Of a stretch of DNA of 64,000 nucleotides, positions 26,543 to 37,854 are shown piece by piece. The notes under the pieces were generated by a model that saw only the letters and a list, made by a program, of their open reading frames with translations, did not search any database and was not told the DNA's origin. The position numbers and the translations under genes were made by a program. This stretch comes from Nitrospirota bacterium. GTDB lineage: Bacteria > Nitrospirota > UBA9217. The stretch lies in assembly GCA_963845065.1 (NCBI GenBank), contig CAWJQQ010000001.1:1088001-1152000 (forward strand), given 5' to 3'. Each line of letters starts with the position of its first letter. Positions within the stretch are counted from its first letter, which is position 1.

Positions 26543-28354
26543 ATGGCAAGTTCGAATATCAGGAATTTTTGCATCATCGCACATATTGATCACGGCAAGT
26601 CAACGCTTGCCGACAGGATTCTTGAATATACTGGCACGCTTTCGGACAGGGAAATGGCCGCAGCAGGCAGCGACCAGGTACTCGACGACATGGATCTGGA
26701 GCGTGAGCGAGGCATCACGATAAAGGCCCATGCGGTTCGACTTAAATACAAAGCATCCGATGGACAAGATTACATATTGAACCTGATAGATACGCCCGGT
26801 CATGTCGATTTTACCTATGAGGTTTCTCGCAGCATGGCTGCCTGTGAGGGTGCTCTTCTTGTGGTAGATGCCTCACAGGGTGTTGAAGCGCAAACGCTCG
26901 CCAACGCTTACCTCGCGATCGACCATGACCTCGAGATAATACCGGTTATCAATAAGATCGATCTGCCGAGCGCGAACGTAGAAGAAGTGAAACATCAGAT
27001 TGAAGACGTTGTCGGACTCGATGCATCAGGCGCCATCCCGGCAAGCGCCAAGGAAGGGATCGGCACGAAAGAGATCCTCGAGGCTGTAGTAAACAATATC
27101 CCGGCACCTGCAGGCAACATTGATGCGCCTCTGAGGGCTCTTTTGTTCGATTCTTGGTACGACACCTATCAGGGTGTAGTAATACTGGTCAGGGTCGTTG
27201 ACGGGACAGTACGGCCGAAGCAGAAGATCAAACTTAACTCAACCGGTGCGGTCTATGAAGTGCAGGCTGTCGGCGTTTTTACGCCTAAGATGCAGCCGAC
27301 ATCGGAGCTGTTGCAGGGAGATGTGGGGTGCATCATCGCCGGTATCAAGCGGATCTCGGATGCCAAGATCGGTGATACAGTCATGGATGCTGAACGACCT
27401 GCTGATGCGCCGTTGCCTGGCTATAAGGACGTAAAACCCATGGTTTTTGCTGGTATCTATCCAATGATCAGCGAAGACTATGCAAACCTGCGAGATGCCC
27501 TGGAAAAACTCCGGCTAAACGATTCCTCGTTCACTTACGAACCAGAAACGTCACTTGCTCTCGGCTTCGGTTTTCGCTGCGGGTTCCTGGGGCTTTTACA
27601 TATGGACATCGTGAAGGAGCGATTGGAACGAGAATTTAAACTGGCACTTATTCCTACGGCGCCCACAGTGGTCTACCGGGTGACGAAAAACAATGGCGAA
27701 ATCATTATGGTGGACAATCCTGCTAAGTTGCCGAATATTCAGGACATACAGCGTATCGAAGAACCTATGATCCTGGCTTCGCTTATAACTCCTGAACAAT
27801 ATGTGGGCTCGCTCATTGCATTGTGCCAGGAGCGGCGGGGCACTCAGAAAGAAATTACTTATATTACGAAAGATCGCGTGTTAATCATCTATGAACTGCC
27901 GCTCAACGAGATTGTGATGGATTTTTATGACAAGCTTAAATCCCTTACTAAGGGGTACGCATCGCTCGATTACGAGCTCTTTGGTTATGTGGAATCCGAT
28001 CTAGTAAAGCTCGACATGCTCTTAAATGGCGAACCTGTGGATGCTCTCTCGCTTATCACACACCGTGACAAGGCAGCGAACCGCGGAAGACAACTCGCTG
28101 AGAAACTTAAAGAAGTGATCCCGCGACAGCTTTACGAAGTCGTCATCCAGGCAGCGATTGGTATGAAAATTATTGCCCGCGAGACAGTGAAGGCTTTGCG
28201 CAAGGACGTCACTGCAAAGTGCTACGGGGGAGATATTACTAGAAAACGCAAACTTCTCGAAAAGCAGAAGGAAGGCAAGAAAAAAATGAAACAAGTCGGG
28301 AGCGTGGAACTTCCCCAGGAGGCGTTCCTTGCTGTACTCAAGGTGGGAGAGTAA
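26543..28354 (+). CDS. lepA: Elongation factor 4
   Basis: [46 protein letters not shown]. Confidence 0.98.
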   Translation: MASSNIRNFCIIAHIDHGKSTLADRILEYTGTLSDREMAAAGSDQVLDDMDLERERGITIKAHAVRLKYKASDGQDYILNLIDTPGHVDFTYEVSRSMAACEGALLVVDASQGVEAQTLANAYLAIDHDLEIIPVINKIDLPSANVEEVKHQIEDVVGLDASGAIPASAKEGIGTKEILEAVVNNIPAPAGNIDAPLRALLFDSWYDTYQGVVILVRVVDGTVRPKQKIKLNSTGAVYEVQAVGVFTPKMQPTSELLQGDVGCIIAGIKRISDAKIGDTVMDAERPADAPLPGYKDVKPMVFAGIYPMISEDYANLRDALEKLRLNDSSFTYEPETSLALGFGFRCGFLGLLHMDIVKERLEREFKLALIPTAPTVVYRVTKNNGEIIMVDNPAKLPNIQDIQRIEEPMILASLITPEQYVGSLIALCQERRGTQKEITYITKDRVLIIYELPLNEIVMDFYDKLKSLTKGYASLDYELFGYVESDLVKLDMLLNGEPVDALSLITHRDKAANRGRQLAEKLKEVIPRQLYEVVIQAAIGMKIIARETVKALRKDVTAKCYGGDITRKRKLLEKQKEGKKKMKQVGSVELPQEAFLAVLKVGE

Positions 28355-28470
28355 CGTGATAAAAGAGTGGAAAATGGAAGTTGGAAAATTCAGATGCCAA
28401 CTGGCGGTTTTCAACTTTCCTTTTTATATTTAACGCGCATCGCATGCATTGCGATGCTATAGGAGGCAGG

Positions 28471-29175
28471 ATGTCTGAAACACAGCAGGACGCGATTAAA
28501 AAGAAATCATTTTACAAAGAATGGGTAGAGCCGTTTTTAATCGCTGCTATCTTTGCTTTGTTCATCAGGCAATTCATTGTCGAGGCGTTCAAGATTCCGT
28601 CAGGATCTATGATTCCGACACTGGCCATTGGTGATCACCTGTTGGTCAACAAATTTGTCTATGGCCCGAGAATACCATTTATGGATACCAGGATCTTTGA
28701 CTGGAAGGAGCCGCAACGAGGCGATGTAATCGTTTTCAAGTACCCGGTGAACGAAGACAAAAATTTTATTAAACGCGTGGTCGGATTACCTGGTGATAAA
28801 ATACAAATCATCAATGGAAAATTATTTATCAACGATCAAATTGTTCCAATAAAAGCGATTGGCGATCCTGCGGATAAAAGTGTGGAGGAGGGATTGTCTT
28901 TCGGGAAACCGATGTTATATGAGGAGCAACTAGGGACTGTCATGCATACCATTCAATATCTCGTTAATCAGTCCGGGCAAAACGAAGGTCCATGGCTTGT
29001 GCCCAAGGATTCCGTATTCGTAATGGGTGACAACCGTGATAACAGTCAGGACAGCAGGTTCTGGGGTTTTGTCAGGGAAAATAAAATCCTCGGCAAGGCA
29101 TTTATTATCTACTGGTCCTGGGGTGGTGATGACCACTGGGTGCGTTGGGAACGGATTGGGACACTGATTCATTAA
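28471..29175 (+). CDS. lepB: Signal peptidase I
   Basis: IPSGSMIPTL, FIKRVVGLPGD, GDNRDNSQDSR; SD AGGAGG. Confidence 0.96.
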   Translation: MSETQQDAIKKKSFYKEWVEPFLIAAIFALFIRQFIVEAFKIPSGSMIPTLAIGDHLLVNKFVYGPRIPFMDTRIFDWKEPQRGDVIVFKYPVNEDKNFIKRVVGLPGDKIQIINGKLFINDQIVPIKAIGDPADKSVEEGLSFGKPMLYEEQLGTVMHTIQYLVNQSGQNEGPWLVPKDSVFVMGDNRDNSQDSRFWGFVRENKILGKAFIIYWSWGGDDHWVRWERIGTLIH

Positions 29176-29193
29176 TTCGGGAAGGAATCGATT

Positions 29194-29589
29194 ATGCCCA
29201 AACTATTAGCAGAGAGAGGTGTAAGCAACTTAAAAGTCTTATTTTGGTTTTTAGTGTTATTTATCGTTGTGCATATTAGCATAAAACTGGTTCCTATGTA
29301 TATTGATACAGAACGAATGAAGGACGAAATGTCAGTAAAAGCACGATTTGCACAGACGCTCAAAGATGACGAAATTAAAATGGATCTTGAAAAAAAGGCA
29401 ATAGAGCTTGATCTTCCTCTCCGGCAGGCAGACTTCGTATTGATGAGGGACGATGATAACCACAATATGAAAATATCAGCGAAATGGGATGTAACGGTAC
29501 ATTTCTTTTTTAATATTTATCCACCTTATACAACAAAGGTATATCATTTCGAACCAGTGATTCAAGAAAATTATTTCAGACGATTCTGA
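29194..29589 (+). CDS. Membrane-anchored hypothetical protein (DUF4845-like)
   Basis: Prepilin-like ERG + hydrophobic N-terminus, KLVPMY; position after lepB typical of this family. Confidence 0.6.
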   Translation: MPKLLAERGVSNLKVLFWFLVLFIVVHISIKLVPMYIDTERMKDEMSVKARFAQTLKDDEIKMDLEKKAIELDLPLRQADFVLMRDDDNHNMKISAKWDVTVHFFFNIYPPYTTKVYHFEPVIQENYFRRF

Positions 29590-29653
29590 GACTTATGTCG
29601 GATTAATTCAAAGGCAGATAGCGAAAAACAGCAACAGCGAAAGGCAATTGATC

Positions 29654-30535
29654 GTGATACGTAGCATGACGGGATTTGGAAGAAAAGATACGGGAGATGC
29701 TGCCGCACATTTTGTTATTGAAATACGGTCGCTTAATAACCGCTATCTTGATATCCAAGTGAAGATGCCTAGGGGCCTTGCCATGTTGGAACCCAGGGTG
29801 AAAAAGGCTGTACAGGATCGTTTTTCCCGAGGTCGGTTTGATGTATTTATTAACCGGAATGGGGAACGGGAAAAAAGCACAAAGCTTGTCGTAAATGAGG
29901 AACTGGCCGGGCAATATGTTGCAGCACTGAGAGATCTTAAATCGCGATACGGTTTAAATGGAAACATTGAACTGTCGACTGTGGCCGCTTTTCAGGACAT
30001 CGTCGTGGTTTCCGAAACGATGGAGGATCCAGAGAAGTTATGGCAGGTCTTATCAACAGGCCTATCGCAGGCACTCGAGGAACTTGATAAGATGCGGACC
30101 GAGGAGGGAGCGGCTCTGGCACAGGACATCATGGCCCGAGTCGGAACAATCGATCTTCTGGCCAGTTCAATTCTCAAGAAGGTCCCTGCATCCATAGAGT
30201 TCGCAAGAAAACGCATGACCGAGACCTTAAAAAGACTTGTGACTGAACAGCCCGATCCCATGAGACTGGCCCAGGAGATTGCGATCCTGGCAGAGAGAAC
30301 GGATGTTGCGGAGGAACTTACGCGACTCGGTAGTCATAGGAAACAATTTTGCAAGCTTATGACAGATGGAAACGCAGAGACAGTAGGCAGGAAACTTGAT
30401 TTTTTGATTCAGGAAATGGGCCGCGAAGTAAATACGATTGCCTCGAAAGCCATGGATGCTGAAATCTCAATGGATGTCGTAAATATCAAGGCAGAGCTTG
30501 AGAAAATACGTGAACAGGTGCAGAATATTGAATAG
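29654..30535 (+). CDS. yicC: YicC/YloC family endoribonuclease
   Basis: [46 protein letters not shown]. Confidence 0.95.
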   Translation: MIRSMTGFGRKDTGDAAAHFVIEIRSLNNRYLDIQVKMPRGLAMLEPRVKKAVQDRFSRGRFDVFINRNGEREKSTKLVVNEELAGQYVAALRDLKSRYGLNGNIELSTVAAFQDIVVVSETMEDPEKLWQVLSTGLSQALEELDKMRTEEGAALAQDIMARVGTIDLLASSILKKVPASIEFARKRMTETLKRLVTEQPDPMRLAQEIAILAERTDVAEELTRLGSHRKQFCKLMTDGNAETVGRKLDFLIQEMGREVNTIASKAMDAEISMDVVNIKAELEKIREQVQNIE

Positions 30536-30539
30536 TGCT

Positions 30540-30791
30540 ATGGTAAATAACCCGATCAATATTGGCTACGGCAATATGGTTATGTCAACGAAAGTCGTTG
30601 CGGTACTCTCGCCTGATTCGGCTCCCATGAGGCGCCTTCGGGAGGAGGCCAAAGAACGAAAAATGCTGATCGATGCTACCGAGGGTAGGAAAACTCGGGC
30701 TATTATCATTACCGATAGTGACCATGTGATCCTCTCTGCGGTGCAGGTAGAGACGCTGATGCAGAGATTCGCGGGAAGGAGTGACCAGTGA
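30540..30791 (+). CDS. remA: RemA/DUF370 family protein
   Basis: [30 protein letters not shown]. Confidence 0.9.
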   Translation: MVNNPINIGYGNMVMSTKVVAVLSPDSAPMRRLREEAKERKMLIDATEGRKTRAIIITDSDHVILSAVQVETLMQRFAGRSDQ

Positions 30792-31396
30792 AGAGGACAC
30801 GGGGTTTGTTGTATGTCGTTTCCGCCCCTTCCGGCGCAGGAAAAACAAGCCTGTGTCGTGCAATCACCGATTCCCTGGAAGACCTTACCCACTCTATCTC
30901 CTATACGACGCGCAAACCGAGGAAAGGCGAGATTGACGGTCGAGACTACTATTTCGTCAGCCAGGATCGCTTTCAGGCAATGATCAATGCCGGAGACTTT
31001 GCAGAATGGGCAGAGGTTCATGCCAACCTGTATGGCACGTCACGTCGGATGCTGGATGACATGATCTCGAAACGCATCGACATTATCCTCGATATTGATA
31101 CACAGGGCGCAAAGCAGATTAAATCGAAATTTAATTCAGCTGTCTTCATTTTTATCATGCCGCCTTCGCTCGATATTCTTGAGGAACGGCTCCGCAACCG
31201 TAAGTCGGACCATGAAGATGAAATAAAAAAAAGAATGCGCAGAGCACGTGAAGAGATTAAGGATTATGCTCTTTACGATTACATCGTCGTAAACAGGGAT
31301 TTTGAACGGGCTCTCACCGAACTTCGGTCCGTTGTTATTGCCGAAAGATGCCGGAGTAAACTTGCGGACACGCAATGGATCGAAGAAATGTTCTAA
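30788..31396 (+). CDS. gmk: Guanylate kinase
   Basis: [35 protein letters not shown]. Confidence 0.97.
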   Translation: MKRTRGLLYVVSAPSGAGKTSLCRAITDSLEDLTHSISYTTRKPRKGEIDGRDYYFVSQDRFQAMINAGDFAEWAEVHANLYGTSRRMLDDMISKRIDIILDIDTQGAKQIKSKFNSAVFIFIMPPSLDILEERLRNRKSDHEDEIKKRMRRAREEIKDYALYDYIVVNRDFERALTELRSVVIAERCRSKLADTQWIEEMF

Positions 31397-31437
31397 AGTA
31401 AATAAAACTATGATACTATGTTAAGTAGGAGGAAATA

Positions 31438-31878
31438 ATGCAGAAAATAGCTCAAGACTTGATATCGCTCCCCATCGAAATGAACGATCAAATCGCCGAT
31501 ACGAAGTTTCGTCTCGTACACATTGCCTCACAGCGGGTACGGCAATTATCGGCCGGTGCCACCCCACAGGTAAATTCGCGTTCGATCAAGGATGCAACCG
31601 TTGCTCTGGAAGAAGCAATTGCACACAGTTTTAATATCCTTGTGGGTGAAGCGGCAGTGAAAGCAAAGGAAGAGTTCCGCAAGGAGGAAGAGCGGGCTAA
31701 GATTGAAGAACAGCTTTCGGCCAAAGAAGAAGAGATACGGAAAGAACTAAGTGCTTACCTATCGGAGACACAAGACGAAGAAGTGACGGGAGAGCGTCCC
31801 GAAGAGGAATCAGAACCAGACGTTGCTGATGAGGATCTGGAGGAAGCAGGCGAGGCAGTTGATGAGCCTGAGGAGTAG
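31438..31878 (+). CDS. rpoZ: RNA polymerase omega subunit with long acidic C-terminal extension
   Basis: KFRLVHIASQRVRQL..GA.P and K...VALEE; lies between gmk and coaBC. Confidence 0.88.
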   Translation: MQKIAQDLISLPIEMNDQIADTKFRLVHIASQRVRQLSAGATPQVNSRSIKDATVALEEAIAHSFNILVGEAAVKAKEEFRKEEERAKIEEQLSAKEEEIRKELSAYLSETQDEEVTGERPEEESEPDVADEDLEEAGEAVDEPEE

Positions 31879-31883
31879 ACGGG

Positions 31884-33101
31884 GTGGTACAACGTGACCT
31901 CTTATCCGGCAGAAAAATATTGCTAGGAGTAACCGGCAGTATCGCCGCATACAAGGCAGTTGAGATTGTGCGCAGGCTCAGGGACAGAGGGGCCGAAGTC
32001 CGCGTAGCCATGACGAAACACGCGACCTACTTCGTTTCACGTCTCACCTTCGAAACTCTTAGTGGCTTTCCGGTACTTTGTGAAGAGTTCTCCCGCGAGG
32101 AACAATTCTCGATCGAGCACATCGATATAACTAATGGACTTGATCTTGCCCTTATCGCACCGGCAACAGCCAACGTCATTGGAAAGCTAGCTGCAGGTAT
32201 AGCAGACGACTCATTGACGACGGCCATAATGGCGAGAGACTGCCCATTGGTGATTGCTCCTGCAATGAACGAAAGGATGTATCGTAACCCTGTCCTTCAA
32301 AAGAACATCGATACACTGACCGATATGGGTGTTAAGTTCATAGCACCTGAAAGCGGCAACCTCGCGTGTGGCACTATTGGTGAAGGCAGGCTTGCGGATT
32401 CGGATAGGATCATTTGGGAACTTACCTCATTGCTTACGCCGAAAGACCTTGCAGGTCAGACAGTACTCGTAACCGCTGGACCGACCCGGGAATCCATAGA
32501 TGCTGTGCGGTTTATCAGCAATCCATCGACCGGGAAAATGGGGTATGCGCTTGCCGCTGCTGCAAAGGAGCGAGGCGCTGACGTCGTCCTAATTTCAGGT
32601 CCTTCCCATTTGCGCCCACCGCAAGACGTGCACGTGATCCCCGTAGTCAGTGCTAGGGAAATGCACGCTGCGGTCAAAGAGCAGGCGCTGAATAGCTCGA
32701 TTATTATCATGGCAGCAGCAGTATCTGATTTTACTCCCCTCCAAAAGTTTGAACGGAAGATTAAAAAAAACAACGCACCAACATCGTTGCAGCTTGAGAG
32801 GACTGTGGATATCCTGCGGGAACTGGGCACGAGCAAGGGTAAGTATTTACTCATAGGGTTCGCTGCTGAAACAGATAATGTGGAGCAGAATGCAATTCAA
32901 AAATTAAAAGACAAACATCTCGATATGATCGTAGCGAACGATGTCCTCCGGTCTGGTTCAGGTTTCGGTACTGACACGAATGCCGTTACAATCTTTGACC
33001 GTACAGGGAAAAGAACCGAGTTACCGATCATGCCAAAAGATGAAATCGCCCGTATAATCATAAGCACGATAATACAAATGGCGAAGTTCCAGGCTCACTG
33101 A
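31884..33101 (+). CDS. coaBC: Phosphopantothenoylcysteine decarboxylase/ligase
   Basis: GVTGSIAAYK, APATAN, PAMN, TAGPTRE.IDAVRFISN.STGKMG, GFAAET. Confidence 0.97.
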   Translation: MVQRDLLSGRKILLGVTGSIAAYKAVEIVRRLRDRGAEVRVAMTKHATYFVSRLTFETLSGFPVLCEEFSREEQFSIEHIDITNGLDLALIAPATANVIGKLAAGIADDSLTTAIMARDCPLVIAPAMNERMYRNPVLQKNIDTLTDMGVKFIAPESGNLACGTIGEGRLADSDRIIWELTSLLTPKDLAGQTVLVTAGPTRESIDAVRFISNPSTGKMGYALAAAAKERGADVVLISGPSHLRPPQDVHVIPVVSAREMHAAVKEQALNSSIIIMAAAVSDFTPLQKFERKIKKNNAPTSLQLERTVDILRELGTSKGKYLLIGFAAETDNVEQNAIQKLKDKHLDMIVANDVLRSGSGFGTDTNAVTIFDRTGKRTELPIMPKDEIARIIISTIIQMAKFQAH

Positions 33102-33152
33102 CTTCGATTATTCCCATTCTTTGACTGATTCCTATCATAGATTCAATGATTC

Positions 33153-33181
33153 TTGACAAATAAAAATAGTCAACCTATAAT
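33153..33181 (+). promoter_or_regulatory. Perfect sigma70 consensus promoter with overlapping palindrome
   Basis: TTGACA-N17-TATAAT; TTGAC-N11-GTCAA at 33153-33173. Confidence 0.75.
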
Positions 33182-33234
33182 AACTTTTATGAGAAATACT
33201 GTCCTTCCAATGTCACGAAGCAAAGTGGATTGCA

Positions 33235-33684
33235 ATGAATAATTTCGAGCTATTACAGAAGACAGTGCTTTTTAAAGGCAGCAACAAAGCGGAGATGGAT
33301 ATCGTTATGAGTCTTTTCCAAGAGCGTCAAATCAAACAGAATACCACAATTTTTACTGAAAAGATGCCGGCAGAGGCACTCTATATCGTAAAAAGTGGCA
33401 CCGTCAAGATTACTATGATGGCAGGAGAGGGTCAAGAAATGGGGCTTCTGCTCCTAGGGCCTGGAGAATTTTTCGGAGAACTTGCTCTCGTTCAGGAGGA
33501 TGTCAGGCTCGTGAACGCACGTGCCGAAACAGCGATAGAACTTCTTCTTCTCACGCGAAAAGATTTTCAGACGCTACTCGTCCTCGAACCGCGTATAGGT
33601 GCCAGAATGCTCACTATAATTACAAAACTGCTTGCCATGCGTGTGAAAGTGTATAGTGAAAAGCTCAAGGAACTGCTCTTGTAA
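33235..33684 (+). CDS. Stand-alone cyclic-nucleotide-binding domain protein
   Basis: LYIVKSGTVKI, GEFFGELAL...R..NARA; no HTH. Confidence 0.88.
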   Translation: MNNFELLQKTVLFKGSNKAEMDIVMSLFQERQIKQNTTIFTEKMPAEALYIVKSGTVKITMMAGEGQEMGLLLLGPGEFFGELALVQEDVRLVNARAETAIELLLLTRKDFQTLLVLEPRIGARMLTIITKLLAMRVKVYSEKLKELLL

Positions 33685-34658
33685 TGATCCTGGCAGGGAT
33701 TGACATCGGTACGAATACCCTTAGACTGCTCATTGTTGATACTGGTCCCGGTTACTTTCGAGAGCTTATTTCTGACAGAAGAATTACGCGTCTTGGACAG
33801 GACACCGATCGGTGCGGTGTATTAACTCATGAAGCCATGGAACGGTCATTTAATGCACTTGTTTCCTTTCAGAAAAGCATCCAACACCAGGGAGCACGTC
33901 ATATCTCTGTAATTGGTACGAGCGCACTCAGAAGGGCAAAAAACGCATCTGTCTTTATCGATCGAGTACGAAAACAGACAGGACTAGTTGTCCGTGTCGT
34001 AAGCGGTGAAGAGGAGGCACGGCTCACACTACTCGGTGTACAACAGTGCCTCGCAACACCGAATGATATGAGCAGTAACATTCTCTCTGCGGCGTTAGTC
34101 ATGGACATCGGCGGCGGCAGCACAGAGATCATACTTACTCATACTGACAGAAAACCTGTAATTGCAAGTTTGTCCCTTGGTGCCGTATACCTTTACGATG
34201 CGTTCATAAAGCACGATCCTCCTTCACCAGAAGATTTGGCTCGCCTCAGAAATTCAATCCATAAAGAGCTCGATACCAGTGCAGGGACGTTTCAATCTGC
34301 TATGAACAGCATTTGTATCGGCACTGCTGGTACTATTACGACATTGGCTGCTATTAGTCAAGGACTTGCTCGATATGATGCTGAAAAAATCAATAGGTCA
34401 GTATTGACCCGTGAATTCATCAATGCTATCGTTACAAAACTGGAGGCATCGACGCTCAAGGAACGAAAGAAAATTCAGGGATTGGAAAATGGCAGGGAAG
34501 ACATAATTCTTTCCGGTGCGATCATTGCTCAGGAGATTATGCGTCGCTTCGGATTTTACTCCATGGTCGTAAGTGACTGGGGTCTTCGGGAAGGTATCGT
34601 TATAGATTTGTTCGAAAGACTTAATAAACAAAATTCATTGGAAAAAACGCAGATCTAA
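33684..34658 (+). CDS. ppx: Ppx/GppA family phosphatase
   Basis: IDIGTNTLRL, EEEARL, DIGGGSTE, GLREG. Confidence 0.92.
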   Translation: MILAGIDIGTNTLRLLIVDTGPGYFRELISDRRITRLGQDTDRCGVLTHEAMERSFNALVSFQKSIQHQGARHISVIGTSALRRAKNASVFIDRVRKQTGLVVRVVSGEEEARLTLLGVQQCLATPNDMSSNILSAALVMDIGGGSTEIILTHTDRKPVIASLSLGAVYLYDAFIKHDPPSPEDLARLRNSIHKELDTSAGTFQSAMNSICIGTAGTITTLAAISQGLARYDAEKINRSVLTREFINAIVTKLEASTLKERKKIQGLENGREDIILSGAIIAQEIMRRFGFYSMVVSDWGLREGIVIDLFERLNKQNSLEKTQI

Positions 34659-34779
34659 ACTTATTCACAATACTGAAATATAGTCGTGGCTTTATCACGT
34701 ACTCATCGAAAAAATAATAGCAGTCATTAGTATCCCGCCGCGCGCGTTGTGATGGCTGCTGGAGGAGAGGTTTTGTAGC

Positions 34780-36174
34780 ATGCAGGAAGCTCGAATATTG
34801 ATTATGGATGACGAGGAACAAGAGCGCCGCAGGATTGAAGAGCACCTGGTCAAACAAGGGTACGATGTAGTTGCTGTCGGTACAGTCCCCGAAGCCATCA
34901 GGGCAATCAGGCACGATCGCTTCGAAGTATTTCTAACAGACTGCAATATCCCCGGTATTGACGCGCTCAAAACATCGGACGAAGTTCGCAGGATAAACCC
35001 TGACCTGGCGGTGATAATTATGACTGCTTTCGGCACTATCGAGACCGCAGTGAGGGCTATTAAGGGCGGCGCTTACGATTATCTTCCCAAACCGCTTGAT
35101 CTTGACCAACTCGTTGTCCTCATCGGACGAATATCGGAACGACAGGAGCTTATCCGTGAGAACTCAGAGCTTAAAGAGCTGTTGCGAGAAAGATATAAAT
35201 TCGATGAGATCGTGAGCACTAGTAGTGCAATGGAAGAGGTGCTGAACCTTGCAGGCAGGGTTGCCGGAAGCAATGCTACAGTGCTTATTCGAGGAAATAG
35301 TGGAACAGGCAAGGAACTGCTCGCCAAGGCTATTCATTATCACAGTCCCAGGGCAAATTACCCCCTCATCAAAGTAAATTGTGCCGCGTTACCGGAAACA
35401 CTTCTTGAAAGCGAGCTTTTCGGTCACGAAAAGGGGTCGTTTACCGGTGCTACCGTTCGCAGAATTGGAAGGTTCGAAGCTGCGGACAAGGGAACTTTGT
35501 TCCTTGACGAGATTGCCGAGCTGACGCCCGGTATGCAGGTAAAGCTTCTCCGAGTGCTTCAAGAACACGAATTCGAACGAGTTGGTGGCAACCAGACCAT
35601 CAAGAGCGATGTGCGGCTGATCGCAGCCACGAATAAGGACATAGAAAAAGCGATTAGGGACGGTTCGTTCAGGGAAGATCTTTATTATCGATTGAATGTC
35701 GTATCCGTAACAATTCCTCCGCTTCATGAGCGAAAAGAAGATATACCAGAGCTTATGGATTTTTTCATTAAAAAGTATGGAAAGGAAAACAAGAAGCAGA
35801 TCAGTGGTATGTCAGCAGATGCGCGGGACTTGCTTATGCGTTATAATTATCCCGGCAATGTTCGCGAACTGGAAAATATCATAGAACGGGCTGTCGTCCT
35901 AGCAAAGCGAGGACTAATCACGGTTAAAGATCTCCCTATCCATGTCCAGGCCGTCATGGAAGAAGGAAAGGCGCCACTAGCACAACAGAAAGGCTCGTTG
36001 CATGAGACGCTTAAAACAATGGAAAGAGGTCTTATTTTCGACGCGTTGAAAGAGGTGGGTGGCGTTCAAACGCGGGCAGCAGAGCAGCTTGGTATCAGCG
36101 AGCGCGTATTGAGATATAAATTAAAGAAGTACAGTATAAGGAATGATGGTGAGCATGCCGGTATCAAAACCTAG
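34780..36174 (+). CDS. Sigma54-dependent response regulator
   Basis: Receiver, G.SGTGKE, GSFTGA, FLDEI, PGNVREL, HTH. Confidence 0.93.
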   Translation: MQEARILIMDDEEQERRRIEEHLVKQGYDVVAVGTVPEAIRAIRHDRFEVFLTDCNIPGIDALKTSDEVRRINPDLAVIIMTAFGTIETAVRAIKGGAYDYLPKPLDLDQLVVLIGRISERQELIRENSELKELLRERYKFDEIVSTSSAMEEVLNLAGRVAGSNATVLIRGNSGTGKELLAKAIHYHSPRANYPLIKVNCAALPETLLESELFGHEKGSFTGATVRRIGRFEAADKGTLFLDEIAELTPGMQVKLLRVLQEHEFERVGGNQTIKSDVRLIAATNKDIEKAIRDGSFREDLYYRLNVVSVTIPPLHERKEDIPELMDFFIKKYGKENKKQISGMSADARDLLMRYNYPGNVRELENIIERAVVLAKRGLITVKDLPIHVQAVMEEGKAPLAQQKGSLHETLKTMERGLIFDALKEVGGVQTRAAEQLGISERVLRYKLKKYSIRNDGEHAGIKT

Positions 36175-36436
36175 CTTTGTCCGCACGGTCATCCATGATG
36201 GTCACCGTGTTGCTTATTCATTTGAAATCTAACGCAAAACGTGCTATCGTCCGTATCTGGCATGCTATGCACCTTATCCCCTGGGTGTTCATGTGATAAT
36301 TAGGTTGAAGAACACGGGCCCGCTGTTTGCAGATTTAAAGGTGATGATATCGCTGTAGTCCGCATTGGCGGACATAGAGTTGTGCTCCGGAGAAATAGGC
36401 TACCCAAAGAAAGGTTATTTATTGAGCTATCCAGTA

Positions 36437-36763
36437 TTATTTATGGCAACGAGTGCAGTTCTTTTGGTCCTTGACGTCGAAGCCGTTCTGGCCGTTGTGA
36501 CACTTGCCGCAAAATTCCCCCTTTGTAATTTTGCTCATGTCCATTTTGTTTGATCCTTGTGCCATCTGGAATATCTTGTAATGACATACTGAGCATTTCA
36601 GGCCTTGTCCCTTCACATGCTTGTCATGGCTGAATACGACCGGTGAGGCATTTTTGGGCGTGAATGTCAAGTCTCCACCACCTACCTTTTCTCCAAAAAC
36701 ACTTAAGGGAATTGCCAGGCACGTGGTCGCAATTAATGCTATAATAACGAACTTACTTTTCAT
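36437..36763 (-). CDS. Triheme cytochrome c7-type protein
   Basis: Signal peptide, VVFSHDKH, CSVCH, CGKCH, CTRCH. Confidence 0.9.
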   Translation of the reverse strand: MKSKFVIIALIATTCLAIPLSVFGEKVGGGDLTFTPKNASPVVFSHDKHVKGQGLKCSVCHYKIFQMAQGSNKMDMSKITKGEFCGKCHNGQNGFDVKDQKNCTRCHK

Positions 36764-36965
36764 ATATTCCTGTCTCCCGCTTGGGATGAACTCGCTAAAT
36801 ATAGTAGTTACACAAAGTGGATTATTATAACAAGGCACTCCGCATTGTTCAAGTTCTATTTCTAAAACTCATATTTCCAGAACCCTAATTCTGACGACAA
36901 GTAGGGAAAATCTGTTATAATAAATTCATAGACTTTGGCAATCTTAGCGTCGTGGAAGGGGCTAC

Positions 36966-37733
36966 ATGCTATCCGATCTCTCATTGGCATTGATACAAAA
37001 AATGAACGCAGGGTTAAAAAAACCGGTCAGACTTATCATATTCACGACAGACATTGGGTGCGAGTCCTGCCCCGACATGCTGAAACTTAGCCATGCAATC
37101 AAGAAGCACTTCGACAAAATCGCCTTGGAAACGTACGATATGGTCATGGACCGGGACAAAGTGCAGCTGTACGGCGTAAAATTGGCCCCGACTATCATCT
37201 TTCAGGGAGGGGATGGTCAGTGGGCGGCATTTGTTGGATACCTTGAGGACGGTATGCTGGAAGTGCTGCTATCAGCCATAAAGTCACTTTCGCTTGGAAA
37301 CGCATGGTTCCCGGAAAATATCATAAGAGCTCTCAATCATCTAACTCACGATGTAAAGATACGCGTGTTCGTGGAAAGCGATTGTACACGATGCCAACCT
37401 GTTGCTGAAACGGCTATAGGGCTTGCTCTTACGAGCAAATTTATTTCTGCAGAGATCGTTATAGCAAGCGAATATCCAGACCTTGTAAAAAAGTTCAACG
37501 TGAAGACACTGCCGACGACTATCTTCGGAGAGAACATTCAAATGACCGGTCATGTTACGGAGGGGCAGTTTCTTGAGATGATCTTCCAGACAGAGGGAGT
37601 GAAGGTGGGACCGGACAAACGGTGCCTTATCTGCGGTAATCCCTCTCCCGACGTAATCTGCGATTCGTGCAAAACCAGGGTTGAGGCTGAGGCAAAAGAT
37701 CATAAACTAAAGAGCGAAAAAATGAACCGCTAG
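36966..37733 (+). CDS. Two-domain thioredoxin-fold protein (PDO/AhpF-NTD-like) with C-terminal 4-Cys domain
   Basis: CESC and CTRC redox motifs, each followed by a cis-Pro-like loop; CLIC-x9-CDSC tail. Confidence 0.8.
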   Translation: MLSDLSLALIQKMNAGLKKPVRLIIFTTDIGCESCPDMLKLSHAIKKHFDKIALETYDMVMDRDKVQLYGVKLAPTIIFQGGDGQWAAFVGYLEDGMLEVLLSAIKSLSLGNAWFPENIIRALNHLTHDVKIRVFVESDCTRCQPVAETAIGLALTSKFISAEIVIASEYPDLVKKFNVKTLPTTIFGENIQMTGHVTEGQFLEMIFQTEGVKVGPDKRCLICGNPSPDVICDSCKTRVEAEAKDHKLKSEKMNR

Positions 37734-37854
37734 AAACCGCTCTGAGGTCTAGAGGAACTACGTCGTTTTTTCGCTGAACAATCCTTGCAACATGTTTTGG
37801 TAAGTGATATTGAGATCGGATTGGTTGTCAGGTGATTGACAGGGGGTTGACGGC

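Noticed and set aside
36257..36272. Sigma54 promoter-like TGGCATGCTATGCA
   Set aside because: GG-to-GC spacing is 8 nt rather than 10, and it lies between convergent genes.
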